A DNA stretch of 64,000 bases from the NCBI GenBank assembly GCA_965216465.1, contig CBDCFW010000003.1:128001-192000 (forward strand), in the 5' to 3' direction. Numbering within the stretch: position 1 is the stretch's first letter; every line of letters begins with the position of its first letter. Source of the DNA: Bacteroidia bacterium. Lineage in GTDB: Bacteria > Bacteroidota > Bacteroidia > NS11-12g > UBA9320. Position numbers and translations under genes: made by a program. This document shows positions 48,341 to 58,181 of the stretch, piece by piece. The notes beneath the pieces were generated by a model, which worked only from the letters and a program-made list of their open reading frames with translations, was not told where the DNA came from and made no database searches.

Positions 48341-48801
48341 TGGCAAAGAAGAAGGCGAGAGAAAATAGCATAACAAAGAACAAGCGAGCATACTTTGAGT
48401 ATGCAATCGAAGAAACGTTCGAGGCTGGCTTAGTGTTAACAGGGCCTGAAATTAAGTCAATTCGTGCCAAAAAAGTTAGTATAAGTGAGGCGTACTGCTT
48501 CTTTGACGAAGAAGACTTGTTCAAGATAAAGGGAATGCGCATCGCAGAATTTAAAAATGCAGGTTATGCACCACAAAATCCAGACCGAGAAAAACTTCTT
48601 TTGTTGAACAAAACAGAGCTCAAGAAAATAAAGAACAAGCTAAAGGATCAGGGTAATACAGTAATTCCAATAGAGGTATTCATTTCAGATAAAGGCTATG
48701 CGAAGATCGAAATAGGAATTGGTCGCGGTAAAAAGCTACATGACAAACGCGAAAGCATTAAAGATAAGGATGTTAAGCGTGAGATTGATCGGTACGTTTA
48801 G
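48340..48801 (+). CDS. smpB: SsrA-binding protein
   Basis: NKRAYFEY, EAGLVLTGPEIKSIR, KLLL, GKKLHDKRE. Confidence 0.97.
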   Translation: MAKKKARENSITKNKRAYFEYAIEETFEAGLVLTGPEIKSIRAKKVSISEAYCFFDEEDLFKIKGMRIAEFKNAGYAPQNPDREKLLLLNKTELKKIKNKLKDQGNTVIPIEVFISDKGYAKIEIGIGRGKKLHDKRESIKDKDVKREIDRYV

Positions 48802-48839
48802 AGAATCAAACCAGAATTATTTTACTGGAGTAGTTTAAG

Positions 48840-48923
48840 TGCTCACGACTGGATTCGAACCAGCACGTCCATAAGGACACTACCCCCTCAAGGTAGCGTG
48901 TCTACCAATTTCACCACGTGAGC
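48840..48923 (-). tRNA. tRNA-Leu(GAG)
   Basis: GCTCACG...CTACC TT GAG GG GGTAG, long variable arm, GGTTCGAATCC...CGTGAGCA. Confidence 0.95.
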
Positions 48924-49082
48924 AATTGATGGCTGCGAATTTAAGTGTTTATGCAATTTTTACAATACTATTTGTAATCGATTTAAAGGCCAATTGAATT
49001 CTTAGCTGCGAATTATTATCTAACTTAGCAGGAACCCAAAACAAAACTTTAATTTACATATTTAACGCCCAAAAAACTCCCC

Positions 49083-49475
49083 ATGAATATCAAAAACTTT
49101 ATTATTTCCGGACTCGTCGGAGGAATTGTAAATTTCTTACTGCGTTGGCTCTTTTATGGCTTTCTAGTCAATAATCCTTATCCCGCTACCCAAGATGTAG
49201 GACTGGTTTCAATCATACTAGGCTGTTTTACACTTGGATTCTTATTTGCCTATATCTTTTTGAAGTGGGGACATATATCTACCCTTCAAACAGGGTTTAA
49301 GGCAGGTATTGTTCTCGGTGTCTTCTTCGGGCTATTGAGTGTCTTCTTTCAGCAAAGTGATTTATTAAGTGCTGAACCAGCAATGATGGTCTGGGAAATG
49401 GTAATTAGTATTGTTGTTATTTCATCTACTTGTGGTGCAATTGGCTATACTTTACACCTATTACGAAAAAAGTAA
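49083..49475 (+). CDS. 4-TM membrane protein (DUF1761-like), paralog 1
   Basis: MNIKNFIISGLVGGIVNFLL.WLFYG; four hydrophobic segments. Confidence 0.75.
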   Translation: MNIKNFIISGLVGGIVNFLLRWLFYGFLVNNPYPATQDVGLVSIILGCFTLGFLFAYIFLKWGHISTLQTGFKAGIVLGVFFGLLSVFFQQSDLLSAEPAMMVWEMVISIVVISSTCGAIGYTLHLLRKK

Positions 49476-49647
49476 GTGTATCTATGAGTTATCAACTAAA
49501 ACACTAATAATCCTAAACGGCACATAATTAGTGGTTTAGGTAGATAATATTTGCCTTTTTCTATCAATTTAATCAATAGCATTGTGAATAAGATTAAGTT
49601 TTTCACTGCCTCGCTTCGTACCTTTATATGAACCAAAATATATCATT

Positions 49648-50034
49648 ATGAACACAAAAAACTTTATTGTGGGTGGATTAGTGGGAGGTATTATTAACTT
49701 TTTAGCTGGCTGGTTATTCTACGGAATACTATTCAAAGAACAGTTTGGAGGAGGAGATGACATGAACATGCTATTTATCTTTTTAGGCTGTTTGACATTT
49801 GGCTTTTTAATGGCCTATGTTTTTGTAAAATGGGCCAGCATTTCAACGGCTATGACTGGAGCAGTAGGTGGTGCAGTTATTGCAGCACTGAGTGCACTTT
49901 CAAGCGACTTTTTCCGTTATTCAGGAGAAACAAACCCTGATTATATGCTCATCCTTTTGGATGTTGGAGTAATGGCGGTGATTGGAGCCATGATGGGAGC
50001 AGGCATTGGATTTGTTCTCAGTAAAATGAAATAA
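49648..50034 (+). CDS. 4-TM membrane protein (DUF1761-like), paralog 2
   Basis: MNTKNFIVGGLVGGIINFL.GWLFYG; clearly homologous to the upstream gene. Confidence 0.8.
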   Translation: MNTKNFIVGGLVGGIINFLAGWLFYGILFKEQFGGGDDMNMLFIFLGCLTFGFLMAYVFVKWASISTAMTGAVGGAVIAALSALSSDFFRYSGETNPDYMLILLDVGVMAVIGAMMGAGIGFVLSKMK

Positions 50035-50056
50035 CATCAATTTAAATATTTGAGGT

Positions 50057-50090
50057 AGCACCCTGCAGATTGCTGTGGGGTGCTTTTTTT
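50057..50090 (+). terminator. Intrinsic terminator
   Basis: AGCACCCTGCAG-ATTG-CTGTGGGGTGCT then T-tract. Confidence 0.8.
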
Positions 50091-50168
50091 GTCTAGTTCT
50101 TGAAATTTTTCAGCACAATGCAAAAAGTACCTTAATTCCTTTTTACATTTGGCCCACTTAATACACTC

Positions 50169-51308
50169 ATGAAATTCGGAACTAAAGCCCTACATGCTGG
50201 AATCGAACCGTGTCAAAGCACCGGAGCGATAATGACACCAATATATCAGACTTCAACCTATGTGCAAGAAGGTATCGGTAATCACAAAGGATTTGAATAT
50301 AGCAGAACCGGAAACCCAACAAGAAACACGCTCGAAGCCAATATAGCAGCTATCGAAAACGGAAAGTACGGTGCTTGTTTTGGGTCCGGATTAGCAGCAA
50401 TTGATTGCGTTATTAAAATGCTTAATCCAGGTGACGAAGTAATCTCAACAAACGATCTTTATGGGGGCTCATACCGAATCTTCAAGACAATCTTTGAGAA
50501 GTATGGAATTAAATTCCACTTTGTAGATATGCTTGATATTCAAAACATTGAAGCAAACATCAATGCCAATACAAAGTTGATTTGGATTGAAACACCAACC
50601 AATCCAATGATGAATATTATTGACATAGAAGCCGTGGTTAATTTGGCGAAACCAAATCAAATAAAAGTGGCCGTTGATAACACATTCGCAACCCCATTCT
50701 TACAGAATCCACTTGATTTAGGTGCTGATATCGTAATGCATTCAGTAACCAAATATTTAGGAGGACACAGTGATGTTGTAATGGGAGCTCTTGTTGTGAA
50801 TGATGATGCCTTAGCTGAAGAGATGTATAGAATTCAAAATTCGAGTGGTGCGGTTACTGCTCCAATGGATTCTTTCCTCGTGCTTCGTGGAATTAAAACA
50901 CTTCACCTTCGCATGCAACGACACTGTGAGAATGGAGCTAAAATTGCTCAATTCCTAGTAGATCACCCAAAAGTTGACCAAGTTTATTGGCCAGGACTAG
51001 CAGATCATCCAAACCACGATGTTGCAAAACGTCAAATGAGAGATTTTGGAGGAATGGTTTCATTTACTTTGGTAGGAAACAATATTGAGGATGCTAAAAA
51101 TGTGGTAGCCAATACACATTACTTTGCACTTGCTGAAAGTTTAGGTGGGGTTGAAAGCTTAATAGGCCATCCAGCAACCATGACACATGCTTCAATTCCC
51201 AAAGAAGAACGTGAAAAGTCTGGCGTTGTCGATTCTCTGATTCGTTTAAGTGTTGGAGTTGAGGATGTGGAAGATCTAATCGAAGATCTTAGCAAGGCAT
51301 TAGCATAA
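50169..51308 (+). CDS. Cystathionine gamma-synthase/lyase (Cys/Met metabolism PLP enzyme)
   Basis: PIYQTSTY, YSRTGNPTR, ETPTNP, DNTFATP, HSVTKYLGGHSD, AESLGGVESL; TACATTTG promoter at 50144. Confidence 0.93.
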   Translation: MKFGTKALHAGIEPCQSTGAIMTPIYQTSTYVQEGIGNHKGFEYSRTGNPTRNTLEANIAAIENGKYGACFGSGLAAIDCVIKMLNPGDEVISTNDLYGGSYRIFKTIFEKYGIKFHFVDMLDIQNIEANINANTKLIWIETPTNPMMNIIDIEAVVNLAKPNQIKVAVDNTFATPFLQNPLDLGADIVMHSVTKYLGGHSDVVMGALVVNDDALAEEMYRIQNSSGAVTAPMDSFLVLRGIKTLHLRMQRHCENGAKIAQFLVDHPKVDQVYWPGLADHPNHDVAKRQMRDFGGMVSFTLVGNNIEDAKNVVANTHYFALAESLGGVESLIGHPATMTHASIPKEEREKSGVVDSLIRLSVGVEDVEDLIEDLSKALA

Positions 51309-51982
51309 TGCTTCCTTTAGCACTTGCCATAGCCCCGGTTGTTGCCATTATTTGGTACATTCTGTTTCTAGATTCTTTGAATCGAGAACCCGTAAAAATG
51401 TTGGTACTCACCTTCATTTTTGGGTTATTAAGTGTTATTCCTGCTGTATTGCTTGAGATGTTTGGAGGCGCAGTGCTGGGCAATGTAAATACAGTTGTAA
51501 AAGCGGCTATTCAAGCTTTCATTATCGTTGGGTTTAGTGAGGAGTTCGCTAAATACTTCTTTTTACGGGCCTTTGTATACAAACGAAAAGAGTTTGATGA
51601 ACCCTATGATGGTATTGTTTATGCTGTAATGATCTCAATGGGCTTTGCCGCTCTTGAAAATGTGATGTATGTGATGCAAGGAGGCTTAAATGTTGCCATT
51701 TTAAGAATGTTTACTGCTGTTCCAGCTCATGCAACATTTGCCATCTTGATGGGATATTGGGTGGGAAGAGCGAAAATGGAAAACAAACCTTACCTTAACT
51801 GGGTGGGACTATTTTCAGCAGTGCTTTTTCACGGTCTTTATGACTTTTTTCTTCTCACCGAGATGTTTGAAGGTCAATTAATTGGAGCTTTGCTTTCTCT
51901 CATAATTGCTGTTGTATTGTCACGTTCTGCAATTCGAATTCATCGCCGATATAAGCTCGAAAATGATATTCCAAGAAGCTAA
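51308..51982 (+). CDS. PrsW family glutamic-type intramembrane protease
   Basis: EEFAK, FDEPYDGIVY, GFAALEN, PAHA, FHGLYD. Confidence 0.92.
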   Translation: MLPLALAIAPVVAIIWYILFLDSLNREPVKMLVLTFIFGLLSVIPAVLLEMFGGAVLGNVNTVVKAAIQAFIIVGFSEEFAKYFFLRAFVYKRKEFDEPYDGIVYAVMISMGFAALENVMYVMQGGLNVAILRMFTAVPAHATFAILMGYWVGRAKMENKPYLNWVGLFSAVLFHGLYDFFLLTEMFEGQLIGALLSLIIAVVLSRSAIRIHRRYKLENDIPRS

Positions 51983-52712
51983 AAAAGAACTGGATTCAGT
52001 AATTCAACAACTTGATGTTGAGTCGTTTGTAGCACATGACCCCATTCAAATTCCCAAGCGATTTACCCAAAAACAAGATATTGAAATAGCTGCTTTTTTT
52101 GCGAGCATCTTGGCTTGGGGACAACGAAAGACTATCATCCGAAATACAAATCAACTGATGGATTGGATGGGAGAGGAGCCGCATAACTTTATCCTTAATC
52201 ATCATCCTTCAGACTTAAAACCTTTTGAGCACTTTGTGCATCGAACATTTAACGGCACCGATTGTCTTTATTTCATTGAGGTTCTAAAGCAATTTTACAA
52301 AGGAGAAGAAAGCTTGGAAGCTTTTTTTAAAGGTGAGAACATGAAACAGCGTATCAGCAATTTTCATCATGCCTTTTTCAACTTTGACTTTGCACCGGCA
52401 AGAACACGAAAACACATCGCTAATCCATCTAAAAATTCTTCGGCTAAAAGATTGAATATGTTTTTGCGTTGGATGGTGCGAAACGACGAGCTAGATTTCG
52501 GCATTTGGTCAACCATAAATCCATCTGAGCTTCGATGTCCACTTGATGTTCATGTTCAACGTGCCGCAATGCATTTCGGTCTTTTGCAACGTAAACAACA
52601 AGATTGGAAAGCGGTTGAAGAACTATCTGATAATCTATTGGTTCTAGACCCAACAGATCCAATAAAATATGATCTAGCACTGTTCAAATGGAGTGAGACT
52701 AAATCACGGTAG
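51963..52712 (+). CDS. TIGR02757 / DUF2400 family protein
   Basis: DPIQIP, AWGQRK, HRTFN, SSAKRLNMFLRWMVR, PLDVH, DP.DPIKYD.ALF; likely start MIFQ. Confidence 0.9.
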   Translation: MIFQEAKKELDSVIQQLDVESFVAHDPIQIPKRFTQKQDIEIAAFFASILAWGQRKTIIRNTNQLMDWMGEEPHNFILNHHPSDLKPFEHFVHRTFNGTDCLYFIEVLKQFYKGEESLEAFFKGENMKQRISNFHHAFFNFDFAPARTRKHIANPSKNSSAKRLNMFLRWMVRNDELDFGIWSTINPSELRCPLDVHVQRAAMHFGLLQRKQQDWKAVEELSDNLLVLDPTDPIKYDLALFKWSETKSR

Positions 52713-52805
52713 TTTGTCAAACCTGTGCAACCTTTTGTGAATTGGTTGTCTCTTTATATAAATAGTTTTCGTTTTCTGTATGAAAATGAACTAACTTTAT
52801 CGAGA

Positions 52806-55800
52806 ATGAAAACGCTAAAAGCTAGCTATATTATCCTCTTTCTTCTTTTAAGTGCTTTATGCTTTGGGCAGAGTAACCAATTTTTCATAAAGGTTAATCA
52901 GAATAAAACTATGGTGTTTGAGGGCTCCGACCTCACTTCATGGGCAAGTGATGAGCACTTGAATAGATTCTTACAAGAGCTGGAAGTTTCATCTGTAGAA
53001 AAAGCCTTTAGAATGAATCATCCAGAGCTTAATGCTATTTACGTTATAGAATGTGAGAACAAGCCTGCTGATTTTATTCAAAAAGGAATCTCCAGCTTAA
53101 TTTACATTGAACCGGTTCCGGTTTATGAGCATTTTTATACGCCCAATGATGTTCATGCCAACCAATGGAATTTGACCAAAATTAATGCAAGTGGAGCATG
53201 GGATGTGAAAAGAGATGCTTCTAATATCAAAATTGCAATAGTCGATGATGCTGTATTAACGAGCCACCCCGACCTTTCTGCTAACATTTGGATTAATCCG
53301 AATGAAACCATAAACGGCATTGACGATGACGGAAATGGCTACATAGATGATATCAACGGCTATGATGTATCAGATAACGATAACAACCCCAATCCACCAG
53401 GGTCTGCCACAGCTTCAAAATTTAGTCACGGTACGCATTGTGCCGGAATCGCTTCGGCATCAACAAACAATGGTGTTGGAATTGCATCAATTGGGTTTAA
53501 TGCCAAAATCATTGCCGTTAAAAGTGCTCCGGACGCGTCGGGCGGACGAACACTCCCTGGAGCTTACAAAGGGGTTGAATATGCCATCGCAGCGAATGCA
53601 GACATTATTAGTATGTCGTGGGGTGGAGGTAGCTATTCAACAACTTACCAAACCCTTTTTAATATTGCTCATGGTAAAGGGATAGTTCTTGTAGCCGCTG
53701 CTGGGAATAGTAATGTTTCGACACCAATGTATCCAGCGGCTTACAATCATGTTATAAGTGTTGCAGCAACCAACAACAACGACAAGAAAGCAAGTTTTAC
53801 AAACTTTGGTTCTACTATCGATGTATCAGCACCGGGAGTTAATATTTGGAGTACAGTGGCTGGGTCTACACAGTACGATTATAAAAGTGGTACTTCGATG
53901 GCCTGTCCATTAGTTTCAGGGCTTTGTGCACTCATGGTTGCCAATTCTCCAGGAATATCTCCTGACAGTGTTGAAAGTTGTCTTAAATCAACCGCAAAAA
54001 ATATCAACGCACTAAACCCTACGCATAGTGGGCAATTGGGCGCCGGAAGAATTGATGCCAAAGAAGCGTTGAATTGCACTAAAGGCATCGTAAGTTCAGC
54101 ATTCACATTTGATAAGGCAGTGGTCTGTCCAGGTCAATCCGTACAGTTTGACGCTAAAACACCTCAAGTGCCTGGTTTAACTTACTCATGGGAGTTTCAA
54201 GGAGGTAGCCCCAGTACATCCGCATCAAAGAGCCCGACCGTAACGTATAATACGGCTGGTACATTTTCGGCTAAGTTGACGGTAACCAATGCCAATGGTT
54301 CATCGGTAACTGAAAGAAAGGATATTATTATTGTTTCAACTCCAACCGCGACTATTTCTGGAGTTTACGATATTGAAGATGGAGAAACTGCCTATGTCGA
54401 GATTCATTTTGATGGACAGCAACCCTTCTCGTTTTCTTATTCAGATGGATCAACAACAAAGTCGGTGTCTGGTATCACTGTCAATAAGTACTTTTTAGGT
54501 GTAACACCATCTGACACCACAACATATACAATAACTCAATTCAGCGATGATAATTGTGCCGGAAATTTTTCGGGTACTGCGATAGTAAATGTGATACCAA
54601 CGGATAGTAGTTGTCTCAGAAATGTGTATTCGTTGTCTTTTAAGCGACAAGAAACAGTACATATCGTTCGAATTACGATGGATGACGATGAAAATGTTTA
54701 CGCTTGTGGTTATGGAATTACCGGAGCTGGTGTTTACTACGGAACCTTGATGAAGTTTAGTAAAAATGGAAAGCTACAATGGTTTAGAGAGTACCATGGA
54801 ACACGTCAATTTGCGTTTCTAACTATGGCAAAGAACAACAATGACGTATTGCTTTTAGGTATCGACAATCAAGATCAGGTGATTCAACGTGTAGATAAAG
54901 ATGGTAACACGGTGTGGACCAAAAGATATAACTATTCGAATGAGCGTTATTACTATGGAATAGTACCTTCTGACAACAACTCATTCATTTTTGGTGGAAT
55001 GGGAACAGGCGCCGGAGGTGATGATCTGTATGCCATAAAGATTAACGGTTCAAATGGGAGTATCATTTGGAATTACGCATTTCATAAAGGAGACGATCAA
55101 TTGGCATTTGTGCATTCTAATGGAAGCGATGGAGTTTTCTTCAACGGCAATAGCCCATCAAATGGAGTATTCTGTGAATTAGACAAGGATGGAAATATGG
55201 TGCAATCGCATTTGGTAACAGGTTCTGCTAATATGCAAGGATTGCAACGAGTTGGTAATTACCTCTTTGTAACTCATGCATCACAGAGAAATTCACCTGT
55301 AACTTTATCTGTTTCAATGATTGATATATCTAACTCGAGCTCGCCTTCAGTACAATGGGATAAAAAAATAGGAATTACATCAAGACAGTGGAGTGAAATG
55401 TTATTCTCCAATGAAAATACTGGCAATGTATATTTAAGTTATGTTGGTCATACAGATCAGAAAGCTAAAATTTTGTTACTCAAGCAAGATGGATCGCTTA
55501 AAGAAGTGCATAGTGCAGATGTAAACGGAAGCTTCAAAATCGCTTTTAAAGATCGGGCCATGGTCATGATGATTTCACGTAGAGTTGGGAATGAGTCAGA
55601 AATAATTATGGTAAAACGAAGAGACACTGTTGGTTTAGATTATTGTTTTTTAGATGATCGTACCACGACATATCAAAACTCTTCTCACACTTTTTCGGCA
55701 CACAACATGACGCGATCTGTCAAGAACTTTACGGTGACTAATCAAAACTTATCCATACAAAATGGAAGTCTAGACGCATCTTGTTTGTGTGCTACCACCA

Positions 55801-57242
55801 GCCTTACGTCATCGAAATCCTCTATTTGCAAAGGTGACAGTATTCAACTTGAAGCTGATGGTGCCGGACGATACAAATGGTTGCCAGCTGACGGCTTACG
55901 ACCTGAAGATCAATTCATTTCCAATCCGTGGGTAAAACCAACAAAGACAACTACTTATCGTGTTATAGTCTATAACTGTGAATGTCCGAAAGATACCATG
56001 GACATAACCATTGAGGTAAATGGCGGAGCATTTAAAGACTTGGGAAGAGATACAACCATTTGTAATGATGATACGCTCACGCTGCAGGCAGAACCAGGCT
56101 ATAGCGTCTATTCATGGACTCCAAATTATAACATGATTCACTTATCGAATTGGAAGAAACAAGTTTACCCAGATGTTGACACCGCCTACATATTAACGGT
56201 AACCTACGCTTCTGGTTGTACAAGCTCAGACACCGTTCAAGTTAACGTTAAATCTTGTTGCGAACTCGACGCTCAATTTGTGGTTGATGATAATTTGGTA
56301 TGCTTGGGCGAAACGGTCAATGTTACAAACTTAACCCAAACCAATAAGCCTACTACATACAACTGGACCATGCCTGGAGCATCGCCGAGCACCTTTGTCG
56401 GAAATAATCCCGGAGCATTGTTATACAACACTCCTGGCAACTATGAAATTGAGTTAATTGCTACAAACCCCTGCGGTTCAGATACGGTGAAACAGCCTTT
56501 AAGCATCATTGATTTCCAAATTGATGCAGGAAACGATACCTCAATCTGCATAGAGGATACTATCCAAATTGGTCACCCAGAAGTGAGCGATCATGAGTAT
56601 TTCTGGAGGCATACCGGGTGGATTTCAGACGCAGAAATAGCCGATCCATTGGTTTCAACACCTGTCAGCGGTAAGTATGTTTTAGAAGTGTACAATCGCG
56701 TAACAGGTTGTGCGGCTAAAGATTCCTTTTATATTGATGTCATCGAATCTTTAGATCTAAATATTAGTGACACCGTGTTGTGTGAAGGTCAACGCTTTCA
56801 TGTAGATGTTTCAGGCTATGATTATGATTTTACATGGTCTAACGGTGCGCAAGGACCAAACTTTTCAACCAATGAAGATGGACTTGTTGTATATACTGCA
56901 ACCAGGAACAACTGTTCATTCCAAGACAGTTTCACGGTTGATTTTGTAACCTGCTCGTGTATTAAGTTCATTCCCAACGTGTTTACACCGAATGAAGATG
57001 GCAAGAATGAAACCTACAAACCTATGTTAGAATGTAATATTGAAGATTATCACTTCATGATTTACAATCGATGGGGTGAAAAAATCTTTGAAACATTTGA
57101 TCAGGACGCTTATTGGACGGGGGAGTATAGCGGTAAGCGTGTTCCAGACGGAGTATACTTTTGGATTTTAGAGTTTGCCAGTAAACGTGATCAAGGAAAA
57201 AATCGAGAAACGCTCTCTGGAACTGTAACACTTATTCGATAA
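52806..57242 (+). CDS. S8 subtilisin-like protease with PKD domains and type B T9SS (gliding-motility-associated) CTD
   Basis: Catalytic triad IAIVDD / HGTHCAG / GTSMACP; PKD W.F.GG.P...Y.TAG; CTD IPNVFTPNEDGKNE...IYNRWG...PDGVY...GTVTLIR; likely start MKTLK. Confidence 0.92.
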   Translation: MKTLKASYIILFLLLSALCFGQSNQFFIKVNQNKTMVFEGSDLTSWASDEHLNRFLQELEVSSVEKAFRMNHPELNAIYVIECENKPADFIQKGISSLIYIEPVPVYEHFYTPNDVHANQWNLTKINASGAWDVKRDASNIKIAIVDDAVLTSHPDLSANIWINPNETINGIDDDGNGYIDDINGYDVSDNDNNPNPPGSATASKFSHGTHCAGIASASTNNGVGIASIGFNAKIIAVKSAPDASGGRTLPGAYKGVEYAIAANADIISMSWGGGSYSTTYQTLFNIAHGKGIVLVAAAGNSNVSTPMYPAAYNHVISVAATNNNDKKASFTNFGSTIDVSAPGVNIWSTVAGSTQYDYKSGTSMACPLVSGLCALMVANSPGISPDSVESCLKSTAKNINALNPTHSGQLGAGRIDAKEALNCTKGIVSSAFTFDKAVVCPGQSVQFDAKTPQVPGLTYSWEFQGGSPSTSASKSPTVTYNTAGTFSAKLTVTNANGSSVTERKDIIIVSTPTATISGVYDIEDGETAYVEIHFDGQQPFSFSYSDGSTTKSVSGITVNKYFLGVTPSDTTTYTITQFSDDNCAGNFSGTAIVNVIPTDSSCLRNVYSLSFKRQETVHIVRITMDDDENVYACGYGITGAGVYYGTLMKFSKNGKLQWFREYHGTRQFAFLTMAKNNNDVLLLGIDNQDQVIQRVDKDGNTVWTKRYNYSNERYYYGIVPSDNNSFIFGGMGTGAGGDDLYAIKINGSNGSIIWNYAFHKGDDQLAFVHSNGSDGVFFNGNSPSNGVFCELDKDGNMVQSHLVTGSANMQGLQRVGNYLFVTHASQRNSPVTLSVSMIDISNSSSPSVQWDKKIGITSRQWSEMLFSNENTGNVYLSYVGHTDQKAKILLLKQDGSLKEVHSADVNGSFKIAFKDRAMVMMISRRVGNESEIIMVKRRDTVGLDYCFLDDRTTTYQNSSHTFSAHNMTRSVKNFTVTNQNLSIQNGSLDASCLCATTSLTSSKSSICKGDSIQLEADGAGRYKWLPADGLRPEDQFISNPWVKPTKTTTYRVIVYNCECPKDTMDITIEVNGGAFKDLGRDTTICNDDTLTLQAEPGYSVYSWTPNYNMIHLSNWKKQVYPDVDTAYILTVTYASGCTSSDTVQVNVKSCCELDAQFVVDDNLVCLGETVNVTNLTQTNKPTTYNWTMPGASPSTFVGNNPGALLYNTPGNYEIELIATNPCGSDTVKQPLSIIDFQIDAGNDTSICIEDTIQIGHPEVSDHEYFWRHTGWISDAEIADPLVSTPVSGKYVLEVYNRVTGCAAKDSFYIDVIESLDLNISDTVLCEGQRFHVDVSGYDYDFTWSNGAQGPNFSTNEDGLVVYTATRNNCSFQDSFTVDFVTCSCIKFIPNVFTPNEDGKNETYKPMLECNIEDYHFMIYNRWGEKIFETFDQDAYWTGEYSGKRVPDGVYFWILEFASKRDQGKNRETLSGTVTLIR

Positions 57243-57801
57243 CTAATCCATGTTGATTGAGCAGTCCAGCAAGGTCAGATCTCAAAAACTTTGCCCCTTT
57301 TAGACGATTTGATTCTGGGATAATACTAAAGTTTGAAGCAGTTCTAAAGTCTGCATTTTGCAAATTGGTGTTTTCAAATTGTGCACCATATAAATCAGAG
57401 CCGGCAAAGTTGGAGTGTTCAAGATTTGCAGACACAAAATCACATTCTTTAAGGCTACAGTTAGCAAATTGGGTTCTTTCTAGCTTTAGGCTGTAGAAGG
57501 ATGATAAGTCAAGTTGACAATCATCAAAATTTAGTGCTAAAAGAAAAGGGTTTGCTTCCGAAAACTGCAGTCCAAGCATTTTGCATCCTTTGAAGCTGAC
57601 CGTTTTCAGTCCACAATTCTTCAATTGTGATGATGAAAAGTTACAGTTTATAAATGTGCAATCTTCAAAAACGGCATTATTAAAGTTAGTATTGCTAAAG
57701 TCACATGAGTCGAAAGTGCAAGCTTCATACTCCTTATTCAAGAATTGTTCACTATAGTCTTGATTGCTTAATACCTCGTCGTAAACTATAGAATCGCTCA
57801 T
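57232..57801 (-). CDS. Pentapeptide repeat protein
   Basis: Continuous (C/A)-(D/N/T)-(F/L)-x-x repeats. Confidence 0.92.
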   Translation of the reverse strand: MSDSIVYDEVLSNQDYSEQFLNKEYEACTFDSCDFSNTNFNNAVFEDCTFINCNFSSSQLKNCGLKTVSFKGCKMLGLQFSEANPFLLALNFDDCQLDLSSFYSLKLERTQFANCSLKECDFVSANLEHSNFAGSDLYGAQFENTNLQNADFRTASNFSIIPESNRLKGAKFLRSDLAGLLNQHGLVIE

Positions 57802-58181
57802 AGGTTTTGTGTTTTATGTTCCATCAAACCGGCTATGTTTTGAGCTCGTGCCATCATGGTATGTGCTCTTAGGCCTTCAAAATTTTCTTCAACAGTTTGA
57901 GTCAGATAATTTACCCAAGTGCGAAAGTGCTCTGGTGTTAATGGGCTCTTTTTGGCCAAGTCGATGTGAACTTGCATGGCATTGTTGCGATAGGTTCCGC
58001 TTCCAAACAAAATGCTATCCCAGAAGTCAACAAGAATAGGGAAGTGGTGTTCAAGATTAACTTGAGCAATTTCTGTAAAAAGGTAGGATATAGAGTCGTC
58101 AGCTAATAATTTGTCGTAGAACGATTTCATAATCAGCAAGATATCTTCTCTTGATTCTATATCCCTCATAGGTTTATTCAA
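57798..58181 (-). CDS. Group III truncated hemoglobin
   Basis: DIESREDI...SFY, LEHHFP...FW, HF..W, A..MARA..IA. Confidence 0.9.
   Translation of the reverse strand: MNKPMRDIESREDILLIMKSFYDKLLADDSISYLFTEIAQVNLEHHFPILVDFWDSILFGSGTYRNNAMQVHIDLAKKSPLTPEHFRTWVNYLTQTVEENFEGLRAHTMMARAQNIAGLMEHKTQNL

Noticed and set aside
48802-48840. A third tRNA-linked array after tRNA-Leu
   Set aside because: Only 38 bp separate the tRNA 3' end from convergent smpB, with no leader hairpin or repeat, so the element is not at every tRNA.
57232-57801. Qnr quinolone-resistance gene
   Set aside because: Generic chromosomal pentapeptide repeat with no mobile context; cannot be assigned to Qnr by eye.
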